A stretch of DNA of 64,000 bases from Eledone cirrhosa (GCA_964016885.1 OZ024744.1:88536001-88600000), one strand, 5' to 3'. Shown: positions 42,539-56,993, counted from the stretch's first letter. Notes: generated from the letters alone by a model not told the origin. Translations and numbers: made by a program.

Positions 42539-44280
42539 TCGGAGCCGTTCGAAATCGCGCGTTCCATCCGAAAAGGGTGCCCTCTCTCCTCCCTTCTGTA
42601 TGTATTGACTCTCGAGCCACTACTGCGGAAGTTGGAGTTGTTGCAGGGCATCCCTTTGGAACCGGGATTGCGGAAAGCGGTGTCGGCCTACGCCGATGAC
42701 GTGACAGTAATGGTGTCGACGGCCTCCGAAATCGGGGCGATCGGCACCTTACTGGAGGAGTACGAAAGGTTCACAGGGGCTAAGCTGTACCGGGACAAGT
42801 CGATCGGTTTGCAACTCGGCACGTGGAGGGGCAAACCGATGCCCTCCGATGGCGTCGTCGGACGCTGGACGGAGGGCCCGGTGAAGTTGCTCGGAGTCTG
42901 GTTCGGACCAGATCTCCAGGTGGAGAAAAACTGGGTTGAGGTTACGAACAGGGTGTTTGCATTGACCCAGAAGTGGGCCAGTTGCAAACTATCCCTGAAA
43001 GGTCGGGCGGAGGTGGCGAACATCTATATAGCGTCCGTCATCTACTACCGCCTGACCGTCGTGCCTTGCCCAAGGGAAACCCTCACTAAGATGGAGCGCG
43101 CACTCTTCTAATTCCTTTGGAAGAAGCGGGCCCCTTTGGTGAGGAGATCCATCTGCTGTCAACACCCTTCGAAAGGAGGGATGGGGATTCCGTGGCTAAT
43201 GATGCGTTAAGGCTACGGCATTAAGGTTATGGCACCTCCACGTATTCCTCACCGGTTAACCGGTGTGGGCCCCGTTTGTAGACGAACCTTTCCCAGACTC
43301 GTCTCACTCACCGAGCTGCAATCCTGGTTCAAGCAAAGACCGAGAAAACTGGGCGCCTGGAACATTGAGTGTGCCCAGGCGCTCACGGCCCTCTGGCAAG
43401 CGGACCCGGTTATCAGTGGAGAATCCACATCGACATACTATAGAGGGCTGGTACGCAGCAGGTGCGACGACGCCCTCGGAGAAGCCCTAGACATGGAGGA
43501 AGACGAACTGGCCGGCCTGTTCGGTAGGACATTCAGCCCGGGACCTATGGACAACTTCCAGAAGTCCCTGGCCTGGCAGTTTTACTGAGGGGCTCTACCC
43601 GTTCGAGAAAAGCTCTACAGGCACGGGCGCCCGGGTAGGGACCCCGCCAAAAAGATCTGTCCCAGATGCGTGTGCGACGAGGAAACCGTTGCACACGCAT
43701 TGGTACACTGCTCGGGCGGAGCCGATCTGTGGGGCTATGTCAAACGACTGCTGTCACGGGTGGGACCGATCCGGTTGACCACCGAGGCCATTATAACGAT
43801 AAAGCCGACCCCCACCCCCACCCCCTTCAAAAATGAAGGAGAGGCGGTGTTTCTGTGCGTAATAGCCATGGTGAAGAGGTTGTATGGTGGACGCGTCTGA
43901 AAGGACTGAGGTCAGGCACCTTTCTCTCTGGCCAACAACTGATCCGTTTCTTCCGATATCATTTCGGAAGAAGTCGTTTTTATGAAAGGTGGGTGAAAGT
44001 GGCGAGAATGGCCCCATGTGAATGGGCCTTCTCTCTACATCAGCCTGTAGGTGGAAAAGAGGAAGGAACGAGGGAGCACCCTTTCTGTGCTCCTGAGGAG
44101 AAGGGGTTGCACACTTTTTCGGGGGGGGGGGGGGGGGGGGGGCCCAAAACGCCTCCTCCCTATTGAGGACTTTATTGTTAATTTTATATTTGTTATTTGT
44201 TTTCTTTACTCGCCTTTTTGTGTAAACTCTCCCCCTTTATTTGTCCCCTTCTTTTGCGCCCTAGTGGCAATAAATAAAAA
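42539..44280 (+). mobile_element. L1/Tx1-clade LINE, 5'-truncated, in (CTAT)n
   Basis: [39 protein letters not shown]; 3' UTR with AATAAA. Confidence 0.92.
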
Positions 44281-44310
44281 TATATCTATCTATCCATCTA
44301 TATCTCTCTA

Positions 44311-44387
<77 letters not shown>

Positions 44388-44388
<1 letters not shown>

Positions 44389-44950
44389 GAGTTGGACCAA
44401 TCCGATTGACCACCGAGTCCATTGTCATGATCAAACCGCCACCCTCCTTCAAAAACGAAGGAGAGGTGGTTTTCCTTTGTGTTATGGCTATGGTGAAAGA
44501 GTTTATATGGTGGACAAGGTTAAAAGGGCTGAGGTCAGACACCTTTCTCTCCGGCCAGCAACTGATTCTTTTTTTCAAATACCACTTTGGAAGAAGTGTC
44601 AGGATGGAGAGAGAGGTGCTGTACCCCAGCAAGTTTTATAAAAGGTGGGTGAAAGGGGCGAGAATGGCCCGAGTGAATGGGCCTTCTCTCTATATCAACC
44701 TGTAGGTTGAGGAAAAAGAGAAGAGAGGAAAGTAGTACTCACTCTTCGTACTCCTGGAGATGAGGGTTGCACATTTTTTTTTGGGGGGGGGGGGTATGTG
44801 TTACCCATATGAAATGTATCCCCCTATTGGGGAAAATCGATTAACTTTTAATTTGTATTTGTGATATTTTACACGTTTTTATTGTATGTAAACTTCCTCC
44901 TTTGTATTTGTCTCCTTCTTTTGTACCTCATGTGGCTAATAAAAAACATT
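44388..44950 (+). mobile_element. second Tx1 3' fragment in (CTAT)n
   Basis: ORF 44406-44705 repeats the C-terminus of the preceding copy. Confidence 0.88.
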
Positions 44951-45180
44951 ATCTATCTATCCACCTATCTATGAATTTATATATCTATCTATCTATCATT
45001 CTCTATCTATCTATCTATCTACCTATCTATCTCTTTCTCTTTCTCTCTCTCTCTTGGTGAGAAAATAAAAAGAACACATAACATACATACATAACGTGTA
45101 TGTTTCTGTTTACAAGAATAAACAGTAAGTTTTTTGCAAAGCTTACTTAGACTCTTTGAATTCATCGAAGAACTAAATGA

Positions 45181-45365
45181 AAAATAAAATAAAATAAAAT
45201 AAAATAAAATAAAATAAAATAAAATAAAATAAAATAAAATAAAATAAAATAAAATAAAATAAAATAAAATAAAATAAAATAAAATAAAATAAAATAAAAT
45301 AAAATAAAATAAAATAAAATAAAATAAAATAAAATAAAATAAAATAAAATAAAACAAAATAAAAT
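45181..45365. repeat. (AAAAT)n microsatellite
   Basis: Direct reading. Confidence 0.97.
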
Positions 45366-46185
45366 GATTGTGCTTTCCAGGAGAAATTCTTGACACTCAT
45401 CGATTGATAAAGTTGGCATTGCCTCTCGACAGTGAAAGCTTAACTGTTTGTAAAAAAAAAAAAAAAAAAAAAAGCAAACACAAAATGGCTATAGAAACTT
45501 TCAACAACAATTGTCTGATTCTCGCTGTTGTAAAAGACGACGGCAGTGCCGACACGTATGGTGACAACACGAGACTGAAACAGTAATTAAAAAACAAACA
45601 AACACACAAAACGAAACGAAAGGAAAGATTACATAACAAAAGACACAAAAGGATATTTTACATCGCACTGTGTCGACTCATCTGCGTCGCAGAGAATCAA
45701 TCATGTGTGAAAGAGGTAAGCCAGTACGAATTTACCTGGGGTTTTTTTTGTGTTTTTTTGTGTTTTGTTTAGTATTTCTTTTTCTTGTACTTTTTTTTTT
45801 CTATTTTGTTGTATTTTATTTCTCCTTTAATCAGTCAGAAACACAATCACACACACACACTCTCTCTCTCATACAGACTCTTACACACACACACAGGCAC
45901 AAACACATACATACATATACAGGCATTAGTGCATCCGTATATACGCTCACGATAAAGTATTATCATACACATCATGTGTATATTTACTCTGCGAATACAG
46001 AAGCAAATGCGTACCTGCATATACACTGCATGCATATATACAGATATACACATACATACACATAACTGAACACATGCATACCCACCCGATTAGTTATATA
46101 CACATGCGCATGTACATTAATTATATACAAATATAAACACACACATATATATTTATATATATATATACACACACACATATATATA

Positions 46186-46739
46186 AATCTGAGTTTTTCG
46201 AATATTAATAATAACATTCGATTCGTTTGCTATTTTGCAAACAAACCTCAATTTTATAGCCATGTCAGTAGAATGAACCCTTCATTCTGGCTCTTGTGTT
46301 GGCATGCGAACAGAACTGTAGACACTAATGTTTCTGGGTATTACCCTTCATCAGTATTTGGCATAGCCGGCCATTTATCGCTCGCATACAGGAAACTGAC
46401 TGGCCAGTCTGCTGATATGCGAATCTGGCTGATCAGTGGATCTGCTAATATGCAGATCTGACTGATCAGCCAGTCTGCTAATATGCAAATCATGCTGATC
46501 AGTCACTGTGTATTTTTGAAAATAGCATATATTTTCACTAGCACTGACAGTTTGGCAAGTGAACAGTGAGCTGTACTGATGAAGGGTGATACCCAGAAAC
46601 ATGTCTGCAGTTCTGTTCGCATGCCAACATAAGAGCAAAAATGAATGTTCATTCTCCTGACATGGCTATAAAATTGAGGCTTGTTTGCAAAATTGCAAAC
46701 GAATCGAATGTTATTATTAATATTCGAAAAACTCAGATT
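46186..46739. mobile_element. non-coding fold-back HHR element (about 170-bp inverted arms)
   Basis: 46186-46356 is the reverse complement of 46574-46739; the middle has three ~32-bp repeats with octamer-like motifs. Confidence 0.85.
46569..46612 (+). ncRNA. minimal type-I hammerhead ribozyme
   Basis: AGCUGUA-CUGAUGA-A-GGGU(GAU)ACCC-A-GAAA-CAUG-UC-UGCAGUU; GUC cleavage after 46605. Inverted copy at 46314-46356 has stem III ACA(UUAG)UGU. Confidence 0.88.
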
Positions 46740-46789
46740 ACATTTATTGTATTCAGCCATGTAGAGCGAAATTTTCTTATATATATATA

Positions 46790-47673
<884 letters not shown>

Positions 47674-47717
47674 CAATATATTAATTAATGGAAACTATAT
47701 TTATAAAACCATATTTA

Positions 47718-47780
47718 ATTTATTATACATATTTCAAGGGCCACCAAGGCAAATTATGGTGCGCTTTCATCAGATGAAAT
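47718..47780 (-). ncRNA. type-I hammerhead motif in a short TA-flanked insert
   Basis: Reverse complement: AUUUCAU-CUGAUGA-AAGCGCACCA(10 nt)UGGUGGCCCUU-GAAA-UAUGUA-UA-AUAAAU. Confidence 0.65.
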
Positions 47781-47792
47781 AAATATAACCTC

Positions 47793-47850
<58 letters not shown>

Positions 47851-47993
47851 AGTATATGTTGGTTGTATACCAACACCTCAGTATGCAGATTGGAGTACTC
47901 GACGAAGTGCGCAGGTTGGTTTAGTTACTCCGGAGTAATGTAAAATAAAATAAAATAAATAAGTCAAATGTTTAAAATTTGCGTTCGTTTATT

Positions 47994-48048
47994 ACTGCTA
48001 TATATATTTCGGTGACAGCCATCTTTGGCTGTGACCTCTTCAGGCAGT
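47994..48048 (-). ncRNA. hammerhead, inverted copy of 50563-50617
   Basis: Identical except for one loop-II base. Confidence 0.9.
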
Positions 48049-48937
48049 CCGAATTAGTGTGGTAGAGACGAGTACACATGTTGTTGAGGTGTATAACTTT
48101 GTCAATACTCTGATATGCCCTGTTCCTGGTTGGGTTGTTATTTTACCGAGGAACTGGAATCATATGAATTCAAACAAACGAATTTCAGCGTCATAGGGCC
48201 TCTCCTCCTCTCATTAGTCAGTTGTTAAAACATTCCTCAGTCAAAAGTCTATAGAAATTCGTTCTGAGGCAAGCCAATCTGGAGTTGTTGTTCTTGTTAT
48301 TGTTAGGTACATCTGACCTCTATTCTTGTGTTGGTAGTGGTGTTATTGTTGGAGTCAGCTCAACAAAAAGTGATAAAGTGGTAGAAGGAATAAGATGGTA
48401 AAGGAACAAAATAAAATAAAATAATCGAATAAAATGTGTGTGTGTTATACTCATCTCAATATTATAAAGATTTGTAAGGTCAAACTTCCCACCATCTCCC
48501 GTGGTGGTGGTGTGTGTGTGTGTGTGTGTGGTGGTGGTGGTGGTGGGGGGGGGTTCTGCCATGCATATGAAGAAATTGAAGGCAATAAAATGAAGTAGGC
48601 AGAAAATAAATAATATATAGAGAATAAATGAAAAATTAATGAAAAGGTAATGAAAAGGTAATGAAAAGTGAATTTGGAAAATGAAAAATGAAAATGAAAA
48701 GTGAAAAATAAAATGAAGATTCGATTAAAATAAGATAAAATGTGTGTGTGCTATAACCAATCTCAAGGTCAGAAATATGTTGGATAGATTGGTAGGAGGA
48801 ACAAGATGGTAAAAGAATAAAACGAAATAGGATAATCAAATAAAATGTGTGTGTTATAACCAATCTCAACTTAAATATAAATATAAGGAGATAAAGTGAA
48901 GGAAACAGAAAACAAATAACAAATGAATAACGATAAC

Positions 48938-49227
48938 GATGGTATAACCATCGCCATTTCTTCAATAAGGAGGCCAAAAGGAAAAGTACGGCTCTCTCCG
49001 ACCTGATCTGGAAGCTTAAGCTGGACAGGACCCCGTACTCTCTGGCCTGGTCTATAATCAGGAAAGTACCACCCGATAAAGGGGGATCTTGCATATGCAA
49101 ATTATGTCTGAACGAGACCCTCGAGATACTAAGAGGTGGAAGCGGCCTGATAAACCTCAGAACCGACTTCTTCGGGACATTCAGACACCTCAGGGCCGGG
49201 ACCTTCCTCAAGATATATGGACAGTAG
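48938..49227 (+). pseudogene. PLE GIY-YIG endonuclease C-terminal fragment
   Basis: RWYNHRHFF...STALSDLIWKLK...YSLAWSIIRK...CKLCLNETLEIL...LINLRTDFFGTFRH; has no start codon, so it is absent from the ORF track. Confidence 0.8.
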
Positions 49228-50562
49228 CAACACAATAAGATGTGAACTCCCCTCAAGCTATAGGGATTCTCCAGAACATGTAGACACCTCTCGGCCAAAC
49301 CTCCTTCAAGCTATATGGGCAGTAACAACACCATAGTTTGGGAACTCCCCAGGCTGAGCAGACACCATGGTAGCCTAGAGATTGATTCTGACACAGCCTT
49401 TATAATTTTGGCCAACATCTTTATAACGCACACACATTTTAATTTACCTGATTTTTGATTTTTCAATTTTGATTTCTCATCATTATTCATTTGTTATTTG
49501 TTTTCTGTTTTCTTCACTTTATCACCTTATATTTATATTTAAGTTGAGATTGGTTATAACACACACACATTTTATTTGATTATCCTATTTCGTTTTATTC
49601 TTTTACCATCTTGTTCCTCCTACCAATCTATCCAACATATTTCTGACCTTGAGATTGGTTATAGCACACACACATTTTATCTTATTTTATTCGAATCTTC
49701 ATTTTATTTTTCACTTTTCATTTTCATTTTTCATTTTCCAAATTCATTTTTCATTACCTTTTCATTACCTTTTCATTAATTTTTCATTTATTCTCTATAT
49801 ATTATTTATTTTCTGCTTACTTCATTTTATTGCCTTCTATTTCTTCATATATATGGCAGAACCCCCCCCCCCCCCCCATCCTCACCACCACCACCACGGG
49901 AGATGGTGGCAGGAGGGATGAAGAAACACACACACAGATACTTCTAAATTGTCAGCAGCAGCAAGACATAAGCTGACCACAACACCAACCACACTATCAA
50001 AATAAGGGTAGAGGTCTGATGTACTTAACAATAGCAAACACAAACACTACAGGGAGCCTCACCCCAGAAAGAATTTCTATAGACTTTGGACTGAGGAATG
50101 CTCTCAAAACTGACCAATGGCAAGTTTGACCTTACAAATCTTTATAACATTGAGATGGGTATAACACACACACACATTTTATTCGATTATTTTATTTTAT
50201 TTTTTTCCTTTACCATCTTATTCCTTCTACCACTTTATCACTTTTTGTTGAGCTGACTCCAACAATAACACCACTACCCACACAAGAATAGAGGTCAGAT
50301 GTACCTAACAATAACAAGAACAACAACTACAGATTGGCTTGCCTCACAACGAATTTCTATAGACTTTTGACTGAGGAATGTTCTAACAACTGACCAATGA
50401 GAGGAGAAGAGGCCCTTTGACGCTGAAATTCGTTTGTTTGAATTCATATGATTCCAGTTCCTCAGTGAAATAATTACCCAACCAGGAACTGGGCATATCA
50501 GAGTATTGACAAAGTTATACACCTCAACAACATGTGTACTCGGCTCTACCACACTAATTCGG

Positions 50563-50617
50563 ACTGCCTGAAGAGGTCACAGCCATAGATGGCTGTCACC
50601 GAAATATATATAGCAGT
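50563..50617 (+). ncRNA. minimal type-I hammerhead ribozyme
   Basis: ACUGC-CUGAAGA-GGUCACAGCCA(UAGA)UGGCUGUCACC-GAAA-UAUAUA-UA-GCAGU, followed by AAUAAA; cleavage after 50612. Confidence 0.9.
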
Positions 50618-50663
50618 AATAAACGAAGCCGAATTTTAAACATTTGACTCATTTATTTTATTT

Positions 50664-50694
<31 letters not shown>

Positions 50695-50702
<8 letters not shown>

Positions 50703-50890
50703 AGAGTTGGGACACGACGGGCGAACCCATGCCGTTCACAATAGTTGTTCCAGACTGGAACTGGTTGTTGAAACGGCAATAGTTCAGCCGTCATGTCCCG
50801 GCTCTTTATAATATGACCATACTCTACTACCCCATGTATCGAGTACTCTGCTCACTGTTGAGTTATTCAACAGAAAACAGAGTACTCGAT
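50695..50890 (+). mobile_element. diverged palindromic hairpin element
   Basis: 118-nt imperfect hairpin at 50695-50812, then a TATCGAGTACTCTG..CAGAGTACTCGATA hairpin. Confidence 0.7.
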
Positions 50891-50978
50891 ATATATATGT
50901 ATACAACTTTGACGTGTTATGATATGACAACAGAATTTAAAGCTTTGTGTGATTGTACAATCGACGATTAAATAAAGC

Positions 50979-51044
<66 letters not shown>

Positions 51045-51048
<4 letters not shown>

Positions 51049-51733
51049 ATGCTTTGGGAGGATCATGTTGCCAATAAGAAACACACACACCAGTTTTTTT
51101 CACTCAAATTTATTATAAATTAAATTTATAACTTTAAGAATTTATAAATTTCCGGTCGATTGGTTGGTTCCATAACCGGACGGTTGTTCATATATTGTCA
51201 AAGACGCAACATAAACGAACTCCACCAATATTAAATAGAAAACATGAATGGAATAACAACATCACAACTTACAATTAAGGACAAAATGAAAACACACACG
51301 CACATAGAACAAACAACCAACCAGTAACATGTAAATAAACAAATAAATAAACAAATAAAAACATACACAGACACCCGGATGTAACACATGCGCAAACTAA
51401 GCACACAACACACACAAAAACAAGATGGCGTAGGACAGAACAAAGGAGAGGCACAAAACAGAGAAAAGAATCCCCAGTCACTGAAGAGGTCACAGAATGT
51501 GTGACGAAAGAACTTTGACAATATGTGAACAACCGTCCAGTTGTGGAACCAACTAACAAACCAACTGGAAATTTATAAATTCTTAAATTTATAAATTTAA
51601 TTTATAATAAATTGGAGTGAAAGCAACTGGTGCGTGTGTTTCTTATTGGCAACATGACCCTCCCAAAGCATAACAATATCGGTTTCAACACACGTTTTCA
51701 GATAAAGAATCTTGCTAAACAAATTCAGAAACG

Positions 51734-51745
<12 letters not shown>
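51045..51745 (+). mobile_element. PLE pseudo-LTR with inverted 3' copy and HHR (51477-51519)
   Basis: 51045-51204 is the reverse complement of about 51513-51677; GUCA-CUGAAGA-G-GUCAC(AGAAUGU)GUGAC-GAAA-GAAC-UU-UGAC. Confidence 0.82.
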
Positions 51746-51777
<32 letters not shown>

Positions 51778-51779
51778 GT

Positions 51780-52370
51780 GGAGAAATATATAAAGGAGAA
51801 CAAACCGTTAAAACATGTTTATTTAAAAATAGCACCTAAGTACGTTTCGCAGTAAGTCAAGGAAGAAAACTCTAAACGGTGTTAGAGCAGTAATCTCCAG
51901 GGGACTTTTTATCCGTTACTACTATGTGGTTACAGCTTTACCATTGTCGATACGCACAGGGTCAGGTATGCAACGTTAGTTTCCAGATGTTTGTTTGCTG
52001 CGCCTTCCCGCCTGGGTCGATTCGTGCCGGGTCTGGGATGCAGGGTTAATTTCCGGATGTTTTTTGCAGCACCTGCCCACCGAGGTGTTAAAGTTTGGTG
52101 CAGGGTGACCCGGTTTACGGCCTTCACTCCTCATTATTATTCCATCTGGAGAGTAGGGTATTTTTAAGCGGTGTGTACGCTGTACAGTGTTCAGGAAACC
52201 ATCGTCGCCTTTTTGTTCAACACTGACACAGGAACGATGTAGTAGTTTCAAGCTTATTAGCTATCGTCAGCATCGTATACCTTCCTGCCAGATGATTGAA
52301 CGTCTGAAAGTATATACTTTCCTCATGCATATTAACAGCTGAGCAGCCTAATTTGCATATCGAGTGAGTT
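51780..52370 (-). mobile_element. diverged relative of the 406-nt retrozyme family, HHR at 52234-52276
   Basis: Reverse complement: ACGAUG-CUGACGA-UAGCUAAUAAGCUU-GAAA-CUAC-UA-CAUCGU; upstream octamer segment shared with 27395-27470. Confidence 0.78.
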
Positions 52371-52394
52371 ATTATATATATATATGTATATATA

Positions 52395-52951
52395 TATTGT
52401 TATACTTTGGGAGGGTCATGTTGCCAATAAGAAACACACGCACCAGTTGCTTTCACTTCAATTTATTATAATAAATTTATAAATTTAGGAATTTATAAAT
52501 TTATAAATTTCTGGTTGGTTGGTTGGTTCCACAACCAGATAGTTGTTTATATATTGTCAAAGTTCTTTCGTCAGAAATTATGTGACCTCATCAGTGACTG
52601 GGGATTCTTTTCTTTGTTTTTGTGCCTCTCCTTTGTTCTGTCCTACGCCATTTTGTTTCTGTGTGTGTGTTGTGTGCTCAGTCTGCGCATGCGCCACATC
52701 CGGGTCTCTGTGTGTGTTTATATTTGTTTATTTATTTGTTTATTTACATGTTACCGGTTGGTTGTTTGTTCTATGTGTGTGTGTGTTTTCATTTTGTCCT
52801 TAATTGTAAGTTGTGATGTTACTGTTCCACTCATATTTTCTATTTAATTTCGGTTGTAATTCTTTTATGTTTATTGCCTCTGTGATTTGTCTAAACATTG
52901 CGTCTTTTCTGTGTGTAGATTCTATTTTTATTTCTATGTTCTCTAATTTAC

Positions 52952-52955
<4 letters not shown>
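52395..52955 (-). mobile_element. PLE 3' end: GIY-YIG tail plus pseudo-LTR with HHR (52556-52598)
   Basis: DAMFRQITEAINIKELQPKLNRKYEW then the pLTR of the 51230-51745 family; core CUGAUGA. Confidence 0.85.
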
Positions 52956-53013
<58 letters not shown>

Positions 53014-53389
53014 TTATTGGTAAACACAGATCTATGTTGAATATGCTGCTATATTCCGTCTCTGAATTCATATGCTGATGTTTCATCAGGTGATGAAGGA
53101 GGTGTTTTGCCCAGATATATGTGACTAAATTCCTGCACAACAGATGAACCTGTAGTGAGCCTTATTTTGTGATACCATCTACCCGCAACAACTCAGTGCA
53201 GCATGAAATTTGATGGGTCTGATTTTATGACTCTGAGCGTGTCATAGACAGATATGTTTACAAACACGCACACTCCTACACACCGAAACACATGCATACA
53301 CACAAACAGATTAGCTTTTCTATACATTCACGTATGCCCAGGAAACGACTAAGGCAAATTAACTACTACATTTGTCTATAGAACTAATC

Positions 53390-53840
53390 AGTTGTGATGC
53401 TAATTGTTGCCAGTATTAAACATTAAGTGTCGGTGAAGACAAAGGCTATGCAAGCCTATATTGGTGTTAACGATGGTAAACAGACATTGTTGCTAATTGC
53501 CGTCCGTGTTAAACATTCGGTGTCGATGAAAACGGAGATTACTAAATGATGATGTAAGTGGTTTCTATAGTACACAGACGTTGTTAATTGCCATCAGTTT
53601 AAAACAACCAGGTATTGGGGGAAACAGAGATTGGTGGAAACAGAGATGGCGCTATCTATAGTAAACATAGTTGCTAATTGACGTCAGTGTTAAACATTAT
53701 ATAACAGTGAAAACGTAGACTATAGAAGATGATGTAAGTGTTGATAATTGCCGGAGGCTTAGAACATTGGGTTACGGTGAAAATAGAGACTGGTGTTGGT
53801 GCAATCTATAGAAAACAGGTATCGTTGTTAATTACCATCA
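53390..53840. repeat. degenerate ~85-90-bp tandem repeat
   Basis: About six units of GTTGCTAATTGCC.TC.GTGTTAAACATT.GGT.TCGGTGAAAAC.GAGA. Confidence 0.65.
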
Positions 53841-54027
53841 CGTTTCGGCAGTGGTAGAAATGGGTTAGGAACTAAGGATACGTTAAGGGCCATGTAACTA
53901 AAGATGGCATAGACGGGTAGTAGACTTTATAATCTCCTCGCCCTGGAAACTGAAAAGAAAGGGTACACTGCTCTCCCCCGCCCTGCCTGTGTACCCTACT
54001 ATTTTCACCCCTGAAAAGGCTGTAGAA

Positions 54028-55137
54028 CAGAGGTTCTCAATGTGGGTGCTAATGTTCCCACCCCATCCCTACCACGGGGGAGGGGGGAGCATCGAGCAGG
54101 CCCATGAGGTGGTGGGGTGGTAGAGCTGATATAATAGTATATTAAATATCAAATGGTACATATCTATATATATAAAACTGGGGATGTCTGTCTGTGTGTG
54201 TGTGTGAGTTTGAATCCCTAAAACTAGAGAAGCCCACAACCGACTCTTTTTAAACTTTACACATGTAATACTTATGTTTCAGGGAGTGTTCTGAGGCAAA
54301 CAATTTCAAATTTTCAATGCCCTAGGGACCGCATTAGGCGATTTAACGATCTCTCTCTATAATTCTTAGTCTTTCTCTTTTTATATAGATACATACATAT
54401 AACGTCGCGCCCTTATAATATCTGTCTGTATGTCTGGCTGTCTGCATAACGTCACTTCCCTGAGGATGTCTGTGTGTGTGTGTGTGTCTGTGAGTTTGAA
54501 TCCCTAAAACTCGAGAAGTACCCAACCGATTTTTTTCAAAATTTACATGTGTATTACTTATGTTTCAGTTTGTCAATTTTTTTTTATCTCCTAGGTGAAA
54601 AACTGCGTTTTTTTCATGTTTTTAGGGGTTATTTGAGGCGTTTCGTCAGACCGATTTCCTTGAAATTGTAACTATGTATTAGTCAGTCTCTTCTTCATAC
54701 CGTGAGCAAAGAAAATCCAACTTTTTCATGCATTAGGTGAAAACCTGCATTTTTCCTGCTTCATCGAGGAAAATCTTAAAGATTGTCCAGCCATCAGTGT
54801 ATTCGGTTTATTTTCTTGACATATTGTCCAGGCATGCAGTTTTTCCACGATTAGGTATGTTGGCGGCCCGCGTTCCAAAATACCTTATCCCGTGCAACGC
54901 CGGGTTCCAGTGCTAGTTACATATAAATATAGTAAAATAAAAAAATATATAGTATTTATTTACACATAGTATATATTATATTATTTATTATATATAAATT
55001 AATAATTTTATTTATTATATATTATTTACAATTTGCAAGTAGACAGGCATCTCTGGAAATAGGGTTGGGGGGGGGGGCACTGAATGTATTACGTATCCAC
55101 GAGGGAGGCGATGGCCCAAAAAGTTTTAGAACCTCTA
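54028..55137. mobile_element. hAT-type MITE interrupted by a Helitron
   Basis: TIRs CAGAGGTTCTCAA / TTTAGAACCTCTA; imperfect 8-bp TSD CTGTAGAA/GTGTAGAT. Confidence 0.6.
54163..54916 (+). mobile_element. non-autonomous Helitron, complete
   Basis: A|TC 5' end, subterminal hairpin CCCG..CGGG (54888-54904), CTAG|T 3' end, no TSD. Confidence 0.85.
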
Positions 55138-55279
55138 GTGTAGATGATACATAATATGGGTCTTTTTGAGATTGAACAGATATTTGAACGAAAACCGGCA
55201 GTAACTGTTGAAAACAAATTAAGTATATTGACAGTTCAGTTGATTAGCTGCAAGGGCATGGGAAAATGGACAAAGAATT

Positions 55280-55790
55280 GAGAGCCGGTTCATTAATTTC
55301 CAAACATTCTACAAAGCTCAGGTGAGACCCAGAAATAGAATAGTGTTCCTACATCTGGAACGATGCTACTGCTAAAAACGAGATAACCCAAAGAAAAGAG
55401 AATCAAATTTAACCTCTGATCTACAGATATGCTGTCACCCTTTCTTTGATTTTTCTACCATTCTAACGTGAGCTCTGTTCCTCGGAGTTTGTAGTATTTA
55501 GCCCCACATCCACTCAGGCACACCTGTCTCACTGTCATCCCCTCTTATTGCCGCCTATGTTGCATGATCCACCTTACACACTCACCTTAACTACTATACC
55601 CAGTACTGCCTCACCATAACTTCAGCCCTATGTTATTCTCTTTATTTGTATATGTTTCTTCCTATATCTATTGGCATGCAACAGTTCAAACAGAACGTTG
55701 AGAATATTGTCCTCCACGGATAAAAAGCCTTTGCAAAAGCTATAAACACTGCTTTCTCCTCCATCTAAAAACATAAAGTCTATCTTAATC
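55280..55790 (+). pseudogene. degraded CR1-type LINE 3' fragment
   Basis: FYKAQVRP..CSYIW motif remnant. Confidence 0.55.
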
Positions 55791-55804
55791 CAGAAGATTT
55801 GTTA

Positions 55805-56053
55805 GGCCGGTGCTTATCCCGGTTCCATGGCGTGAAGAGACTGAGAGTACAAGACTCACCACTCGACAGGACGCTAGTCTATCGCAAGGTTAAACTCCCA
55901 GCTATTGCTGGTACTCGTTTTCAGCTGAATATACTGGGGCAACGTGAAATGAAGTGTTTTGCTCAAGAACACAACACGCAACCCAGCCCAGAAATCGAAC
56001 CCACTACATTATGATCGTAAGTCCAACACCCTTACCACTAGACCATGCGCTTC
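55805..56053 (-). mobile_element. tRNA-headed SINE related to family A
   Basis: Reverse complement: GAAGCGCATGGTCTAGTGGTAAGG..GGTTCGATTTC..GTTCTTGAGCAAAACAC. Confidence 0.8.
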
Positions 56054-56623
56054 CAAACTTTCTCATTCAGCTAAAACTACTTTATAAAAAAAAAGGTATT
56101 CTGTTATATCATTCTGTTTCAGAATAGATCTTACTCGAATATGCAGTCATTCGATTAGCTGAATTATGTATTTTAAGTCTCCCTAAAATCCCCCATTTTT
56201 GTTCTTCTTAAAAGAGAAGGGTGCGACATTACTCTTGGATATAGACAGTGGTTCCCAATGTGCGTCCAGCAAAAGGAGTGCCGGGGGGTTCCGTGAAAAA
56301 AGGTAAAAAGCTAGAGGAGTATATTTATATTATAACCATATAACAGTATTAGAATTTATTGTTCCACCAAAAATTTCTGAACCAAAAAAGGGTTCCGCGT
56401 TTGGTGAAACCCTGAACTAAAGGGCCAACAAGGGAAGCTTCTATGTAGTCACTAGAAATAGACTGGGCATTGCGAAAATCGTTGTAGCGTCCTTGCAATA
56501 CGTGTTCCGGATTTTGAAATTCTAAGTTCTTGGGTAAATTGACTCAATCCGTTGCCTGGTCATTGGGTGCCTTCATCGGTTTGGGAATAACTGCCGCCAT
56601 TGTGCACACACATATAAGTGAAT

Positions 56624-56762
<139 letters not shown>

Positions 56763-56951
56763 ATGTGCGTATATATATATATATTGTATTAGGATTGGTG
56801 CTCTGAAATAGCGATGTATACATGAATGTATGTATAGTATATTTGGCAATATACTGTATGTTTAATTAAAAACATTTAGAAGACCTTACGCTATCAATTT
56901 TAAAGTAAGTGACTATCTCACTTACTTCTTTTCGGCGAAAGAAGACAGAGA

Positions 56952-56993
56952 AGCTAACAGTCTGTTTCATGTTGTTTGGCAATCATCAGAGCT
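56952..56993 (-). ncRNA. minimal type-I hammerhead ribozyme
   Basis: Reverse complement: AGCU-CUGAUGA-UUG(CCAAA)CAA-CAU-GAAA-CAG(A)CUG-UU-AGCU; starts 3 nt from a (TA)n tract. Confidence 0.75.

Larger units (their letters stand above)
47945..50670 (+). mobile_element. 5'-truncated Penelope-like element with a ~1-kb inverted copy of its 3' end
   Basis: Arms 47945-48930 and 49485-50670 are inverted (the right arm has about 210 extra bp at 49910-50120); GIY-YIG remnant in the centre; an HHR in each arm. Confidence 0.88.

Noticed and set aside
51835-51940. Possible second hammerhead (GUAGUAA/UUACUGC-GAAA-CG-UA, minus strand)
   Set aside because: No recognisable CUGANGA core before the helix.
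53040-53100. CUGAUGA on the minus strand
   Set aside because: No downstream GAAA/UH; it is just a small CTGATG/CATCAG hairpin.
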